The notes under the pieces: model-generated | Database searches by the model: none | What the model was told of the DNA's origin: nothing | Seen by the model: only the letters and a program-made list of their open reading frames with translations | Shown here: piece by piece, positions 37,486 to 45,864 of the stretch | Numbering within the stretch: the stretch's first letter is position 1 | Layout of the letters: each line of letters opens with the position of its first letter | DNA from: [Archangium] primigenium | Lineage (GTDB): Bacteria > Myxococcota > Myxococcia > Myxococcales > Myxococcaceae | Reading direction: 5' to 3' | NCBI RefSeq assembly: GCF_016904885.1 | Contig: NZ_JADWYI010000001.1 | Location: 7,241,224-7,305,223, forward strand | Length of the DNA stretch: 64,000 bases | Position numbers and translations under genes: made by a program

Positions 37486-38175
37486 ATGACGCGAACGATG
37501 CGGACGTGGTGGGTGGGGCCGTGGCTGGCGATGGCCCCGGTCGTGGCGATGACTCCGGGGGTCGTGGCGGCCCAGGAGACGCGGATGGAGGCCGGGCCCC
37601 GGGAAGTGGGCGCGATGCTGGCCCCCGCGACCCTGCCGGAGGGGGGCTCGGCGGTGTCCGCGTGGGTGGGCGTGCCGGAACTGGGCGTGGCGTACCGTCA
37701 GGGACTCCTGCCGGGCTGGGAGATGGGCGCCCGGGCGCGCTTCGACTACCTGCGCCTGTCGACGACGGCCGAGGTGACGAGCCGCGTGCGGGTCTGGACG
37801 AGCGGGGACTGGACGCTGGCGCCGGAGCTGGGCCTGGGCGTGACGGGCAACCCGGGCAGCCGCTACTTCGACACGCGCAACGTGCGCGGGTGGTTCCTGC
37901 GGGTCAACCCCGCGCTCGTGGCCACCTACTCCGTGACGGAGACGGTGACGGCGCTGGGTCAGGTGGAGGTCGCCTATGATCAGGGCCTGAGCACGAGCAG
38001 CTACTGGCGCGTGAAGCCCCTGGGCGGCGTGGGCGCCGAGGTCTACATCGGAGAGGACCTGACGCTCTCCCTGCTGGGCCAGCTCGGCGTGGACGTGTTC
38101 CACGGCGCGAGCCGCATCACGGAGACCCAGCTGGGCTACGGCGTGCGGCTGGGCCTGGGCCTGCGCCTCTTCTGA
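37486..38175 (+). CDS. Putative outer-membrane beta-barrel protein
   Basis: There is a signal peptide (MTRTMRTWWVGPWLAMAPVVAMTPGVVAA). Alternating beta-strand patterns are present and the sequence ends in an aromatic residue (LRLF). Confidence 0.6.
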   Translation: MTRTMRTWWVGPWLAMAPVVAMTPGVVAAQETRMEAGPREVGAMLAPATLPEGGSAVSAWVGVPELGVAYRQGLLPGWEMGARARFDYLRLSTTAEVTSRVRVWTSGDWTLAPELGLGVTGNPGSRYFDTRNVRGWFLRVNPALVATYSVTETVTALGQVEVAYDQGLSTSSYWRVKPLGGVGAEVYIGEDLTLSLLGQLGVDVFHGASRITETQLGYGVRLGLGLRLF

Positions 38176-38181
38176 GGCCCG

Positions 38182-38418
38182 TCACGCCTCCGGCAGCGGG
38201 CTCACCCGGGGCGTGCCGAGCAGCTCCAGGGTGCGCGCCGCCACGCGGTTGAGCAGCTGGGCACAGGGCTCGCACCCGCCGCCGCAGCAGCGGGGCCAGT
38301 GCCCCTCGGGATTGCGCACGAGGGGCCGGACACACGCCTCGTAATACGAGGCCAGCCTCAGCTCCTCGCTCGCGCGGTGCACCGCGTCGTTCAACTCCGC
38401 CTCGCTGACGTCGCTCAT
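38182..38418 (-). CDS. Small oxidoreductase-like-domain protein (CCxxGCxxC), translationally coupled to rtcA
   Basis: In MSDVSEAELNDAVHRASEELRLASYYEACVRP...PRCCGGGCEPCAQ, the ATG overlaps the rtcA stop (ATGA). The Oxidored-like P..CC.SGC..C motif is present. Confidence 0.55.
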   Translation of the reverse strand: MSDVSEAELNDAVHRASEELRLASYYEACVRPLVRNPEGHWPRCCGGGCEPCAQLLNRVAARTLELLGTPRVSPLPEA

Positions 38419-39434
38419 CCCCGGCCCACCACCACTTCCCGCACCCGGGGCGAGACCTCCCGGACCGTCACCGGGACGTCGATGAAGTGCCGGAACGTCT
38501 CGATCTGCGTGAGCGCGTGCCCCTCCAGCGGCAGCGTCCGGAACGCGCCGCCTCCCGCCAGCGCGAGCAAGAGCAGGAGCTGATCCGCCAGGTGCTGTCC
38601 CACGGGAACCTCGGCCTCCAGGTAGGCCCGCGCCTCCTCCACCACTGCCTCGGCGACCGCCTCCGCCCGCACGCCCCGCTCGCCAAACGCCGTGAACACC
38701 TCGGTGACGTGCTCGCTCTCCACCGCCAGGGCCAGCGCGTTGCCGGGGCCAATGGGCCGCTTCACCTCCTCCACCCGCCGCTCCTCCGCCGCCCACCCGA
38801 GCACCCGCCCCACCGTGGTCAGCTCGCGCTGCGCCACCTCGAAGGGCACCTGGGCGATGAGCGCCGTGGCCATGCGCCGCACCACCTTGCCCCGCTCCAG
38901 CAAGTGCAGCGGCTGGAGGGGCGCGGGCCGCACGTCCACCCGGAACTTCCCGCCTCCCGCGGGGAAGAAGCCCGGCCGCTCCAGCGTGGCCTCCACCGAG
39001 GGCCCCATCCGGCGCACGAGCGGCAGGTACGCCTGGGCGAGGAAGTCGAACGGCGGCGCCGCCGGGTTGTGCGTCCCGCCCTCCAGCACCAGCGAGGACG
39101 GCGCGCCCGCGCTCAGGAGCGCCGGCAGCACCGTCTGCAGCACCAGCGTGGCGCTGCCCGCCGTGCCCACCGCGAAGTGGTAGTCCCCCGGTTTCACGGC
39201 TCGGGGCCGGAACGTCAGCGCCCGCGAACCCAGCTCGGCGCCCTCCACCTCCGCGCCGCCCACCTCGGCCGCCGCCTTCACCGACGTGAGGTGCTGGCGC
39301 AGCAGCCCCGGCTTGGCGCGCCCCGCGCGGATGTTCTCCATCTGGAACGGCGCGCCCGTCACCAGCGACAGCGCCAACGACGTGCGCAGCACCTGCCCGC
39401 CGCCCTCGCCCTTCGATCCATCGATGCGAATCAT
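38415..39434 (-). CDS. rtcA: RNA 3'-terminal phosphate cyclase
   Basis: MIRIDGSKGEGGGQVLRTSLALS...GGTHNPAAPPFDF is characteristic of RtcA. Confidence 0.9.
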   Translation of the reverse strand: MIRIDGSKGEGGGQVLRTSLALSLVTGAPFQMENIRAGRAKPGLLRQHLTSVKAAAEVGGAEVEGAELGSRALTFRPRAVKPGDYHFAVGTAGSATLVLQTVLPALLSAGAPSSLVLEGGTHNPAAPPFDFLAQAYLPLVRRMGPSVEATLERPGFFPAGGGKFRVDVRPAPLQPLHLLERGKVVRRMATALIAQVPFEVAQRELTTVGRVLGWAAEERRVEEVKRPIGPGNALALAVESEHVTEVFTAFGERGVRAEAVAEAVVEEARAYLEAEVPVGQHLADQLLLLLALAGGGAFRTLPLEGHALTQIETFRHFIDVPVTVREVSPRVREVVVGRG

Positions 39435-39600
39435 GACCTCTCCCTCCCTGCTCTACCCTTGCCCGCACGTAGCGACGCCCACTCCCTCATCCTACTGACC
39501 GGAGTCAGCGGAGGGAGCGGGCGTCTCGGTGGATCTATCCCCTCATGGCGGCCTCCCGGGCTCGAGGTGGGTTCATGACGCAAGCCTCATGACGCGGCGC

Positions 39601-40851
39601 TCAGCCCTTCACGCACACCACCTGGCGCAGGGTGTGGACGATGTCGACCAGCCCCGCCTGCGCCGCCATCACCGCGTCGATGGACTTGTAGGCCCCGGGC
39701 GTCTCGTCGATGACGTCCGCGTCCTTGCGGCACTCGATCCCCTCCGTCGCCCGGGCGTGGTCCTCCAGGGAGAAGTGCCGCTTGGCGGCCTCGCGCGACA
39801 TCACCCGGCCGGCGCCGTGGCTGCACGAGTGGAAGGACTCGGGGTTTCCCTTTCCCCGGACGATGTAGGAGCGCGCCCCCATGCTGCCGGGGATGATGCC
39901 CAGGTCGTCCCGGCGCGCCCGCACCGCGCCCTTGCGCGTCACCAGCACGTCCTTGCCGTAGTGGTGCTCGCGCGCCACGTAGTTGTGGTGGCAGTTCACC
40001 GCCGCGTCGGTGAGCGAGAACGCCGGCAGCTCACCGCTCGCCTGGAGCGCCTCCACCGCCGAGCGCATCATCAGCTCGCGGTTGGTGGCCGCGTAGTCCT
40101 GCGCCCAGCTCACCGCGCGCAGGTAGTCGTGGAAGTGCGTGGAGCCCTCGGGCAGGTACGCGAGGTCCTTCTCCGGCAGGTGGATGAAGAAGCGGCTCAT
40201 CTCCTCCTTGGCCAGCTCGATGAAGTGGCTGCCGATGCGGTTGCCCACCCCGCGCGAGCCGCTGTGCAGCATCAGCCACACCTGGCCGGCCTCATCCAGG
40301 CACAGCTCGATGAAGTGGTTGCCGGTGCCGAGCGTTCCCAGGTGACCCAGGTCCGGGCCGCGGCCCAGGCGGGGGTGCTTCTCCAGGATGGCGTCGTAGC
40401 GGGGCTTGAGCTGGGCCCAGGCCTCCTGGTGGGCCCGAGGCGCCTCGCGCCAGGCACCCCGGTCATTGCGGCCCCCGTTGTCCGTGCGGCCGTGCGGCAC
40501 CGCGCGCTCGATGGCCGAGCGCACCCCGGCGAGCGAGTCCGGCAGCTGCTCGGCGCGCAGCGTGGTGCGCACCGCGATCATCCCGCAGCCGATGTCCACG
40601 CCCACCGCGGCGGGAATCACCGCGCCCGAGGTCGCCACCACGCTGCCCACCGTGGCCCCGAAGCCCCGGTGCACGTCCGGCATCGCCGCCACCCACTTGT
40701 GCACGAAGGGCAGGCCCGCCATCGCCCGGAGCTGCTTCTTGGCCTCGTCCTCGAACGGCACCCCCACCGTCCACGACTTGATGGGCACGCCGCCGGTCTC
40801 GTTCGTCAGGACTTCGTAATCGCGCGGGGTCGTCGTCGTCGTCGTCTGCAT
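39601..40851 (-). CDS. rtcB: RNA-splicing ligase RtcB
   Basis: DVHRGFGATVGSV, GTLGTGNHF, and CHHNY are RtcB catalytic motifs. I place the start at MQTTTT (ATG 40851; AAGGAG RBS). A GTG at 40893 is less likely given the predicted transcription start. Confidence 0.9.
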   Translation of the reverse strand: MQTTTTTTPRDYEVLTNETGGVPIKSWTVGVPFEDEAKKQLRAMAGLPFVHKWVAAMPDVHRGFGATVGSVVATSGAVIPAAVGVDIGCGMIAVRTTLRAEQLPDSLAGVRSAIERAVPHGRTDNGGRNDRGAWREAPRAHQEAWAQLKPRYDAILEKHPRLGRGPDLGHLGTLGTGNHFIELCLDEAGQVWLMLHSGSRGVGNRIGSHFIELAKEEMSRFFIHLPEKDLAYLPEGSTHFHDYLRAVSWAQDYAATNRELMMRSAVEALQASGELPAFSLTDAAVNCHHNYVAREHHYGKDVLVTRKGAVRARRDDLGIIPGSMGARSYIVRGKGNPESFHSCSHGAGRVMSREAAKRHFSLEDHARATEGIECRKDADVIDETPGAYKSIDAVMAAQAGLVDIVHTLRQVVCVKG

Positions 40852-40905
40852 GGCCTGCTCCTTCGAGGATGTCCGCCCGGTCTCGCCGGGCACGTGAGGA
40901 GGTAG

Positions 40906-40921
40906 AGCAGGAGCCGTGCCA
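40906..40921 (-). promoter_or_regulatory. Predicted sigma-54 (-24/-12) promoter driving rtcBA
   Basis: The minus-strand sequence TGGCACGGCTCCTGCT matches TGGCACG-N4-TTGCW. GG and GC are correctly spaced, and the only mismatch is T to C at -15. It sits about 45 nt upstream of the rtcB ATG. The RtcR enhancer-binding protein gene is adjacent. Confidence 0.5.
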
Positions 40922-41117
40922 GACCCCCTTCCCTCGGGACACGCCAGGCCCGGGTTCCCTTTCCTATCCCTGGGAATAAATCCCTATCCGGAGGGCGAAG
41001 ACGGAGAAGATGGATGCATAACCCATCGATTTTCCTGGAATCCACGCCTTGACTTATTGGGGGCCCAACAACAGGGTAGACCCGTAAAACCATCAATTCA
41101 CGTTTCGGGAGAGACCC

Positions 41118-42191
41118 ATGACGAGGCACGAGAACGGATTCGAGCGGTTCACCCAGGTGCGTTCGGTGCCGGCGCTGCTCCTGGCGGCCGTCCTCGGCGG
41201 CTGTGGCGCCGGGAGCGAGGGCGCGGAGCCCTCGGACGTTGCGTTGGAGCCGGGCACGAGCACGCAGGCGCTGGCGAGCTGCACCCCGCTGTGCAACGGC
41301 GCCTGCACCCCGGTCCAGCTCGCGCAGGGCGCGGGCCTCGACCGGCCCGTCCTCCCGTTTGGCCAGTCCGTGTACTACGCCGGAGCCATCAACTACGAGG
41401 CCAACTACAGCTACTTCGGCCAGGCCACCCCACAGGCCAACTCGGGCGTCCTGCTCGCCCAGCGGCTCTGGTACCCGCCCACGTTCCTGACGAACGGGAC
41501 CTCCGCCTACGCCCTCTTCCGGAACCCGAGCAACTCGCAGTTCAGCCACTTCAACGAGATCATGCCCGACGGACGCATCGTCTCGGTGCCGGGCTTCAAC
41601 ACGTCCCGCTCCACCTCCATCCCCGCCGTGGACGCGACGAAGCTCTACGCGCTGGATCTCAGCGACGAGAGCGTCTGGTCGCAGCCGCTCACGGGAGGCG
41701 CCTGGACCCAAGCCACCCGCTCCATCGCGAACGTGGCGGGCCGGAGCGTGCACGTGGACGACACGCACCTCTACATCGTGGCCGACAACGTGGCGAAGGG
41801 CCTGTCCATCATCTGGAAGGCCCCGAAGCAGAACGTGGCGACGCCCACGAGCTTCGTCAGCCTGCCAGGCAGCATCGTGTCGCTCACCTCGGACGCCACG
41901 GACCTCTACTTCGCCGATCGCACGGGCGGCCTCTACAAGGCGGCCAAGAGCAGCGGCGCCGTCACCAGGCTCGCGAGCACCGCGACCAACCTGTCCATCA
42001 CCGTCGATGCGGAGCGCTACTACTGGTTCAACGGCTCGGCCCTGACGGCGACGTGCAAGAACGGGGGCGGCTCGCAGGTGCTGACCACCGTGTCCTCGTC
42101 CGCCCTGACGCGCACGCCCGAGATCCTCTCCGTGGACGCGAACGGCGTGTACTGGCGCGGCTCCGGCTCCGTCTGGCGGATCGCGAAGTAG
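41118..42191 (+). CDS. Lipoprotein, probably beta-propeller-like, function unknown
   Basis: The lipobox is LLAAVLGGCGAG. The protein is Ser/Thr/Asn/Tyr-rich with natural composition. It lies between rtcB and rtcR. Confidence 0.7.
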   Translation: MTRHENGFERFTQVRSVPALLLAAVLGGCGAGSEGAEPSDVALEPGTSTQALASCTPLCNGACTPVQLAQGAGLDRPVLPFGQSVYYAGAINYEANYSYFGQATPQANSGVLLAQRLWYPPTFLTNGTSAYALFRNPSNSQFSHFNEIMPDGRIVSVPGFNTSRSTSIPAVDATKLYALDLSDESVWSQPLTGGAWTQATRSIANVAGRSVHVDDTHLYIVADNVAKGLSIIWKAPKQNVATPTSFVSLPGSIVSLTSDATDLYFADRTGGLYKAAKSSGAVTRLASTATNLSITVDAERYYWFNGSALTATCKNGGGSQVLTTVSSSALTRTPEILSVDANGVYWRGSGSVWRIAK

Positions 42192-42235
42192 CGCCCCGCG
42201 TCCCCCGCGCGCCTGGCGTATAAACTCCGCTCCGC

Positions 42236-43855
42236 ATGGCGAAGAAACGGGCACGCGAGACGGTGGTACTGGGGATGCTGGGGACCACGCTCGACACGGG
42301 CAAGGGTCCCCGGCGCTGGGACCGGTGGCGGCCCACGGTGGGGCTGTGCCAGCAGGAGGACCTGGTGGTCCACCGCCTGGAGCTGCTCCACCCTCCGGCC
42401 CAGGCGGAGCTGGCCCGGCAGGTGAAAGAGGACATCGCCCTGGTGTCCCCGGAGACGCTGGTGCGGCCCACCGCGGTGGCCATCCGCGACCCGTGGAACC
42501 TGGAGGAGGTGTACGGCGCGCTGCTCGACTACGCCAAGGCCTACCCCTTCCAGCCCGAGCAGGAGGACTACCTCGTCCACATCACCACGGGCACGCACAT
42601 CACCCAGATTTCCCTCTTCCTCCTGGTGGAGAGCCGCCACATCCCCGCCCGGCTCGTGCAGACGTCGCCCTCGGCGGGAGGCCGGGACATGGGGGGCGGT
42701 GGCACCCACGCCCTCATCGATCTGGATCTGTCGCGCTACGACACCCTGGCGGGCCGCTTCCAGCAGGAGCAGCGCGAGGGCCTGTCCTTCCTCAAGGCGG
42801 GCATCGACACCCGCAACGCCGCCTTCAACCGGCTCATCGAGCGGATTGAAGAGGTGGCCACCCGCTCGCGCGCGCCCCTGCTGCTCATGGGCCCCACGGG
42901 CGCGGGCAAGTCCCAGCTCGCCAAGCGCATCTACCAGCTCAAGAAGACCCGGCGGCACGTGAGCGGGCCCCTGGTGGACGTCAACTGCGCCACCCTGCGG
43001 GGCGACGGGGCCATGTCCGCGCTGTTCGGCCACGTGAAGGGCGCCTTCACCGGAGCGGCGGCGGACCGGCCGGGCCTGCTGCGGCAGGCCCACGGGGGCC
43101 TGCTGTTCCTCGATGAGATTGGCGAGCTGGGCGCGGACGAGCAGGCCATGTTGCTGCGGGCGCTCGAGGACAAGCGCTTCCTGCCGGTGGGCGCGGACAA
43201 GGAGGTGGAGAGCGACTTCCAGCTGCTCGCGGGCACCAACCGCGACCTGCTCGCCGAGGTGGAGCGCGGCCGGTTCCGGGAGGATCTGCTCGCGCGCATC
43301 AACCTGTGGACCTTCCGGCTGCCGCCCCTGCGCGAGCGGCCCGAGGACATCCTCCCCAACCTGCTCTACGAGCTGGACCAGGCCTCGCAGGCCCTGGACA
43401 CGCGGGTGACGATGAACAAGGAGGCTCAGGAGCACTTCCTGCGCTTCGCCACCTCCGCCGCGGCGAAGTGGAGCGGCAACTTCCGGGATCTCAACGCGGC
43501 GGTGCTGCGCATGGCCACGCTCGCCCCCGGCGGCCGCATCACCCGCGAGGGCGTGGACGAGGAGTGCGAGCGGCTGCGCGCCAACTGGAGCTCGGACGCG
43601 GGGCCCGCGCGGGCGGGCGCGGATGTCGTGGCCGAGGTGCTGGGCGCCGAGCGGGCCGAGGCCCTGGATCGCTTCGATCGGGCCCAGCTCGCGGAGGTGC
43701 TCGCCGTGTGCCGTGAGGCGCGCTCGCTCTCGGACGCGGGGCGGCTGCTCTTCGCCCAGTCGCGCGCCCAGAAGAAGAGCGTCAATGACGCGGACCGGCT
43801 GCGCAAGTACCTCGCCCGGTTCGACCTGAGCTGGGCGGACCTCCTGGCGTCCTGA
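42236..43855 (+). CDS. rtcR: Sigma-54-dependent transcriptional regulator RtcR (CARF-domain enhancer-binding protein)
   Basis: There is an N-terminal CARF-like region. The AAA+ domain carries GPTGAGKS and GAFTGA, plus ESELFGH-like ALFGHVKGAFTGA. There is a C-terminal HTH. Confidence 0.85.
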   Translation: MAKKRARETVVLGMLGTTLDTGKGPRRWDRWRPTVGLCQQEDLVVHRLELLHPPAQAELARQVKEDIALVSPETLVRPTAVAIRDPWNLEEVYGALLDYAKAYPFQPEQEDYLVHITTGTHITQISLFLLVESRHIPARLVQTSPSAGGRDMGGGGTHALIDLDLSRYDTLAGRFQQEQREGLSFLKAGIDTRNAAFNRLIERIEEVATRSRAPLLLMGPTGAGKSQLAKRIYQLKKTRRHVSGPLVDVNCATLRGDGAMSALFGHVKGAFTGAAADRPGLLRQAHGGLLFLDEIGELGADEQAMLLRALEDKRFLPVGADKEVESDFQLLAGTNRDLLAEVERGRFREDLLARINLWTFRLPPLRERPEDILPNLLYELDQASQALDTRVTMNKEAQEHFLRFATSAAAKWSGNFRDLNAAVLRMATLAPGGRITREGVDEECERLRANWSSDAGPARAGADVVAEVLGAERAEALDRFDRAQLAEVLAVCREARSLSDAGRLLFAQSRAQKKSVNDADRLRKYLARFDLSWADLLAS

Positions 43856-43879
43856 GCGCCGCGCGCCGATACTCCCCGC

Positions 43880-44542
43880 ATGTCGCTGCCCTGTGAGAAG
43901 TGCGCCGCGCCCCTGCCGGACCCCACCCCGGGCTTCTCCCTGGTCACCTGCCGCGCGTGTGGCACCGCGCAGATGTTCAAGGCCCGGGCCCAGGCCGGGG
44001 GCGCGGCCCCGTCCAAGACGCCCCACACCTCCTCGGCCTTCGTCGTGCGCGAGGAGAAGGGAGCCCTGTGCATCGGCTGGAGCCACTTCTCGCTCACCCC
44101 GCTCCTGGTGCCGCTCGGGTTCCTGGCGTTCCTGCCGCTGATCGCCATCCGCTCGCCCGAGACCGCGAAGCTCCTGGTCCAGCCCCCGCTCGTGTTCATC
44201 GTGGGCGGAGTGCTAGCGCTCATCACCTACGTGGCGCTCGCCCACGCCCTCAACACCACGTGGGTGGAGATCCGGGGCCAGGAGCTGTCGCTCGTCACCA
44301 AGCCCCTGCCCCTGCCGCGCTCGGTGGCCGTGGACACGCGCACCGTGCGCAGCCTGTCCAGCCGGACCTACGAGCAGCAGGTCGCGCGGCACTTCCGCGA
44401 GACCCGCCACGCCGTCTGCCTCAAGACCCAGGAGGGTCGGCTGCTGAGCCTCGCGGACAACCTGGCCACCGAGTTCGACGCCGAGTGGCTTGGCCTGCGC
44501 ATCAGCGAGCACCTGGGCGTGCCCTTCGACGGCCGCCGCTGA
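43880..44542 (+). CDS. Hypothetical membrane protein with an N-terminal zinc-ribbon (CEKC...CRAC)
   Basis: It starts 25 nt after the rtcR stop. Two TM segments are present and composition is natural. Confidence 0.55.
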   Translation: MSLPCEKCAAPLPDPTPGFSLVTCRACGTAQMFKARAQAGGAAPSKTPHTSSAFVVREEKGALCIGWSHFSLTPLLVPLGFLAFLPLIAIRSPETAKLLVQPPLVFIVGGVLALITYVALAHALNTTWVEIRGQELSLVTKPLPLPRSVAVDTRTVRSLSSRTYEQQVARHFRETRHAVCLKTQEGRLLSLADNLATEFDAEWLGLRISEHLGVPFDGRR

Positions 44543-44552
44543 GCGCCGGGGC

Positions 44553-45719
44553 TCAACCCACCCCGCGCCGGGCGTCCAGCTCCTGGTTGAAGCGCACCAG
44601 CGCCTGGATGATCTCCTCCTGGGAGTCGGTGAGCAGCAGGTGCCGCGCGTACTCGTGGCCCTGGGCCAGGTGCGCGAGCAGCGGGTAGACGGGGCGCGTC
44701 GTCGTCCAGAAGTCGCGGCCCAGGAAGATCATCGGGCTGATGACACCCACGGTGTTGTAGTGGTTCTGGCACGCGTCCTGGAAGACCTCCTGCACGGTGC
44801 CCGCGCTGCCCGGGGAGTAGACGACGCCCCCCTTGGCGATGGTGAGCAGGCCCTCCTCGCGCACGCTGTTGGCGAAGTACTTGGCGATGCGCGTGGCGAA
44901 GGGGTTGGGCGGCTCGTGGCCATAGAGCCAGGTGGGAATGCCCAGGCTGTCGCTCAGCTCGCGGTGTTCGTCGAGCAGCGGCCAGGTGGCGCGCACCTCG
45001 AAGGCCCGCGCCAGCCACTCGGGGTGCTTGTAGCCCGGCGCGAGGGCCAGCACCTCGAGCGCCGCGTCCAGCTCCGCGTCGCTCCGCCCGGCGAACCACA
45101 CGCCCACGTGCGTGGCCTCCATGGCCCCGGGGCCGCCGCCGCTCACCAGGAAGAAGCCCAGGCGCGCCAGGGCCCGCGCCAGCTCCGCCACCGCGCGGTA
45201 GTCCGGCTGGCCGCGCAGCATGGAGTGGCCGCCCATGATGGCCACCACCCGGCGCGGCTGGCCCTGGTGGACGAGCACCTCCTCCAGCGCGTCCGTGATG
45301 GCGTGGTCATGGAGCCGCTGCGCCAGGGTCTCCAGGATGGAGGGCGGGTTGGCCCCCCCACGCGAGTTCCAGTGCGCGTAGACGCGCGCGTCCGGCGTGT
45401 CCGCGTAGCTCTCCGGGTGGGCGGGATCGAACCCCGCGTACAGCTCCTCCGGCGTGTAGAGCGCCCCCCGGTAGGGCGAGTACGGCAGGCCCGAGAACGG
45501 CGGGAACACCATGGCGCCCCGCTCGATGACGGTCTGCAACGTGCGCGGGTCCAGGTGGCAGCCGAGGAAGACGCTACCCGTGAGGTCCGAGCGCAGCAGC
45601 GCCTCGCCCTGCTCCTGGAGCTCCAGGCCCTGGAGGATGACGTTGGCGAGGCTCTTGCCTGCCGACAGGTGCTGCGCCAGGGCCGTCAGGCTCTCGATCT
45701 CCGTCACGTGAACTCCCAC
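44553..45719 (-). CDS. LOG family protein (TIGR00730 Rossmann-fold nucleotide-binding) with an N-terminal extension
   Basis: GGGPGAMEA and PGGSGT-like motifs are present (SGGGPGAMEATHVG...SPGSAGTVQE). Confidence 0.8.
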   Translation of the reverse strand: MGVHVTEIESLTALAQHLSAGKSLANVILQGLELQEQGEALLRSDLTGSVFLGCHLDPRTLQTVIERGAMVFPPFSGLPYSPYRGALYTPEELYAGFDPAHPESYADTPDARVYAHWNSRGGANPPSILETLAQRLHDHAITDALEEVLVHQGQPRRVVAIMGGHSMLRGQPDYRAVAELARALARLGFFLVSGGGPGAMEATHVGVWFAGRSDAELDAALEVLALAPGYKHPEWLARAFEVRATWPLLDEHRELSDSLGIPTWLYGHEPPNPFATRIAKYFANSVREEGLLTIAKGGVVYSPGSAGTVQEVFQDACQNHYNTVGVISPMIFLGRDFWTTTRPVYPLLAHLAQGHEYARHLLLTDSQEEIIQALVRFNQELDARRGVG

Positions 45720-45814
45720 CCAGAAGAGGCCCCGAGGCTAACAGGGCCCGAGGAGGAGCGGATTGCCCTCCCGACGAGCGCCGTGGTACCTCCGCGTCAC
45801 AGCCCGGGCGGAAA

Positions 45815-45833
45815 GATTCACGCGTCGTGAATC
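45815..45833 (+). promoter_or_regulatory. Perfect 8-bp inverted repeat GATTCACG-cgt-CGTGAATC, 32 nt upstream of the first giant gene's start codon. It is a candidate operator or regulator-binding site
   Basis: The palindrome is visible in the sequence. The surrounding ~45 nt (GCGGAAAGWT...CCGCG.GA.GG) are conserved upstream of the second paralog at 51921-51965, where the palindrome is degenerate (TCCAC-acatc-GTGGA at 51929-51943). Confidence 0.35.
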
Positions 45834-45864
45834 CGCGCGACGGGTGGCCCAAAGGGGGGAAGCG

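Noticed and set aside
38419-39468. Remainder of the 428-aa minus ORF 38182-39468
   Set aside because: It is out-of-frame with rtcA and Gly/Arg/Ala-rich. Only its last 78 codons (38182-38418) form a plausible coupled small gene.
44490-45830. 446-aa plus-strand ORF antisense to the LOG-family gene
   Set aside because: It has antisense composition. The LOG motifs are on the minus strand.
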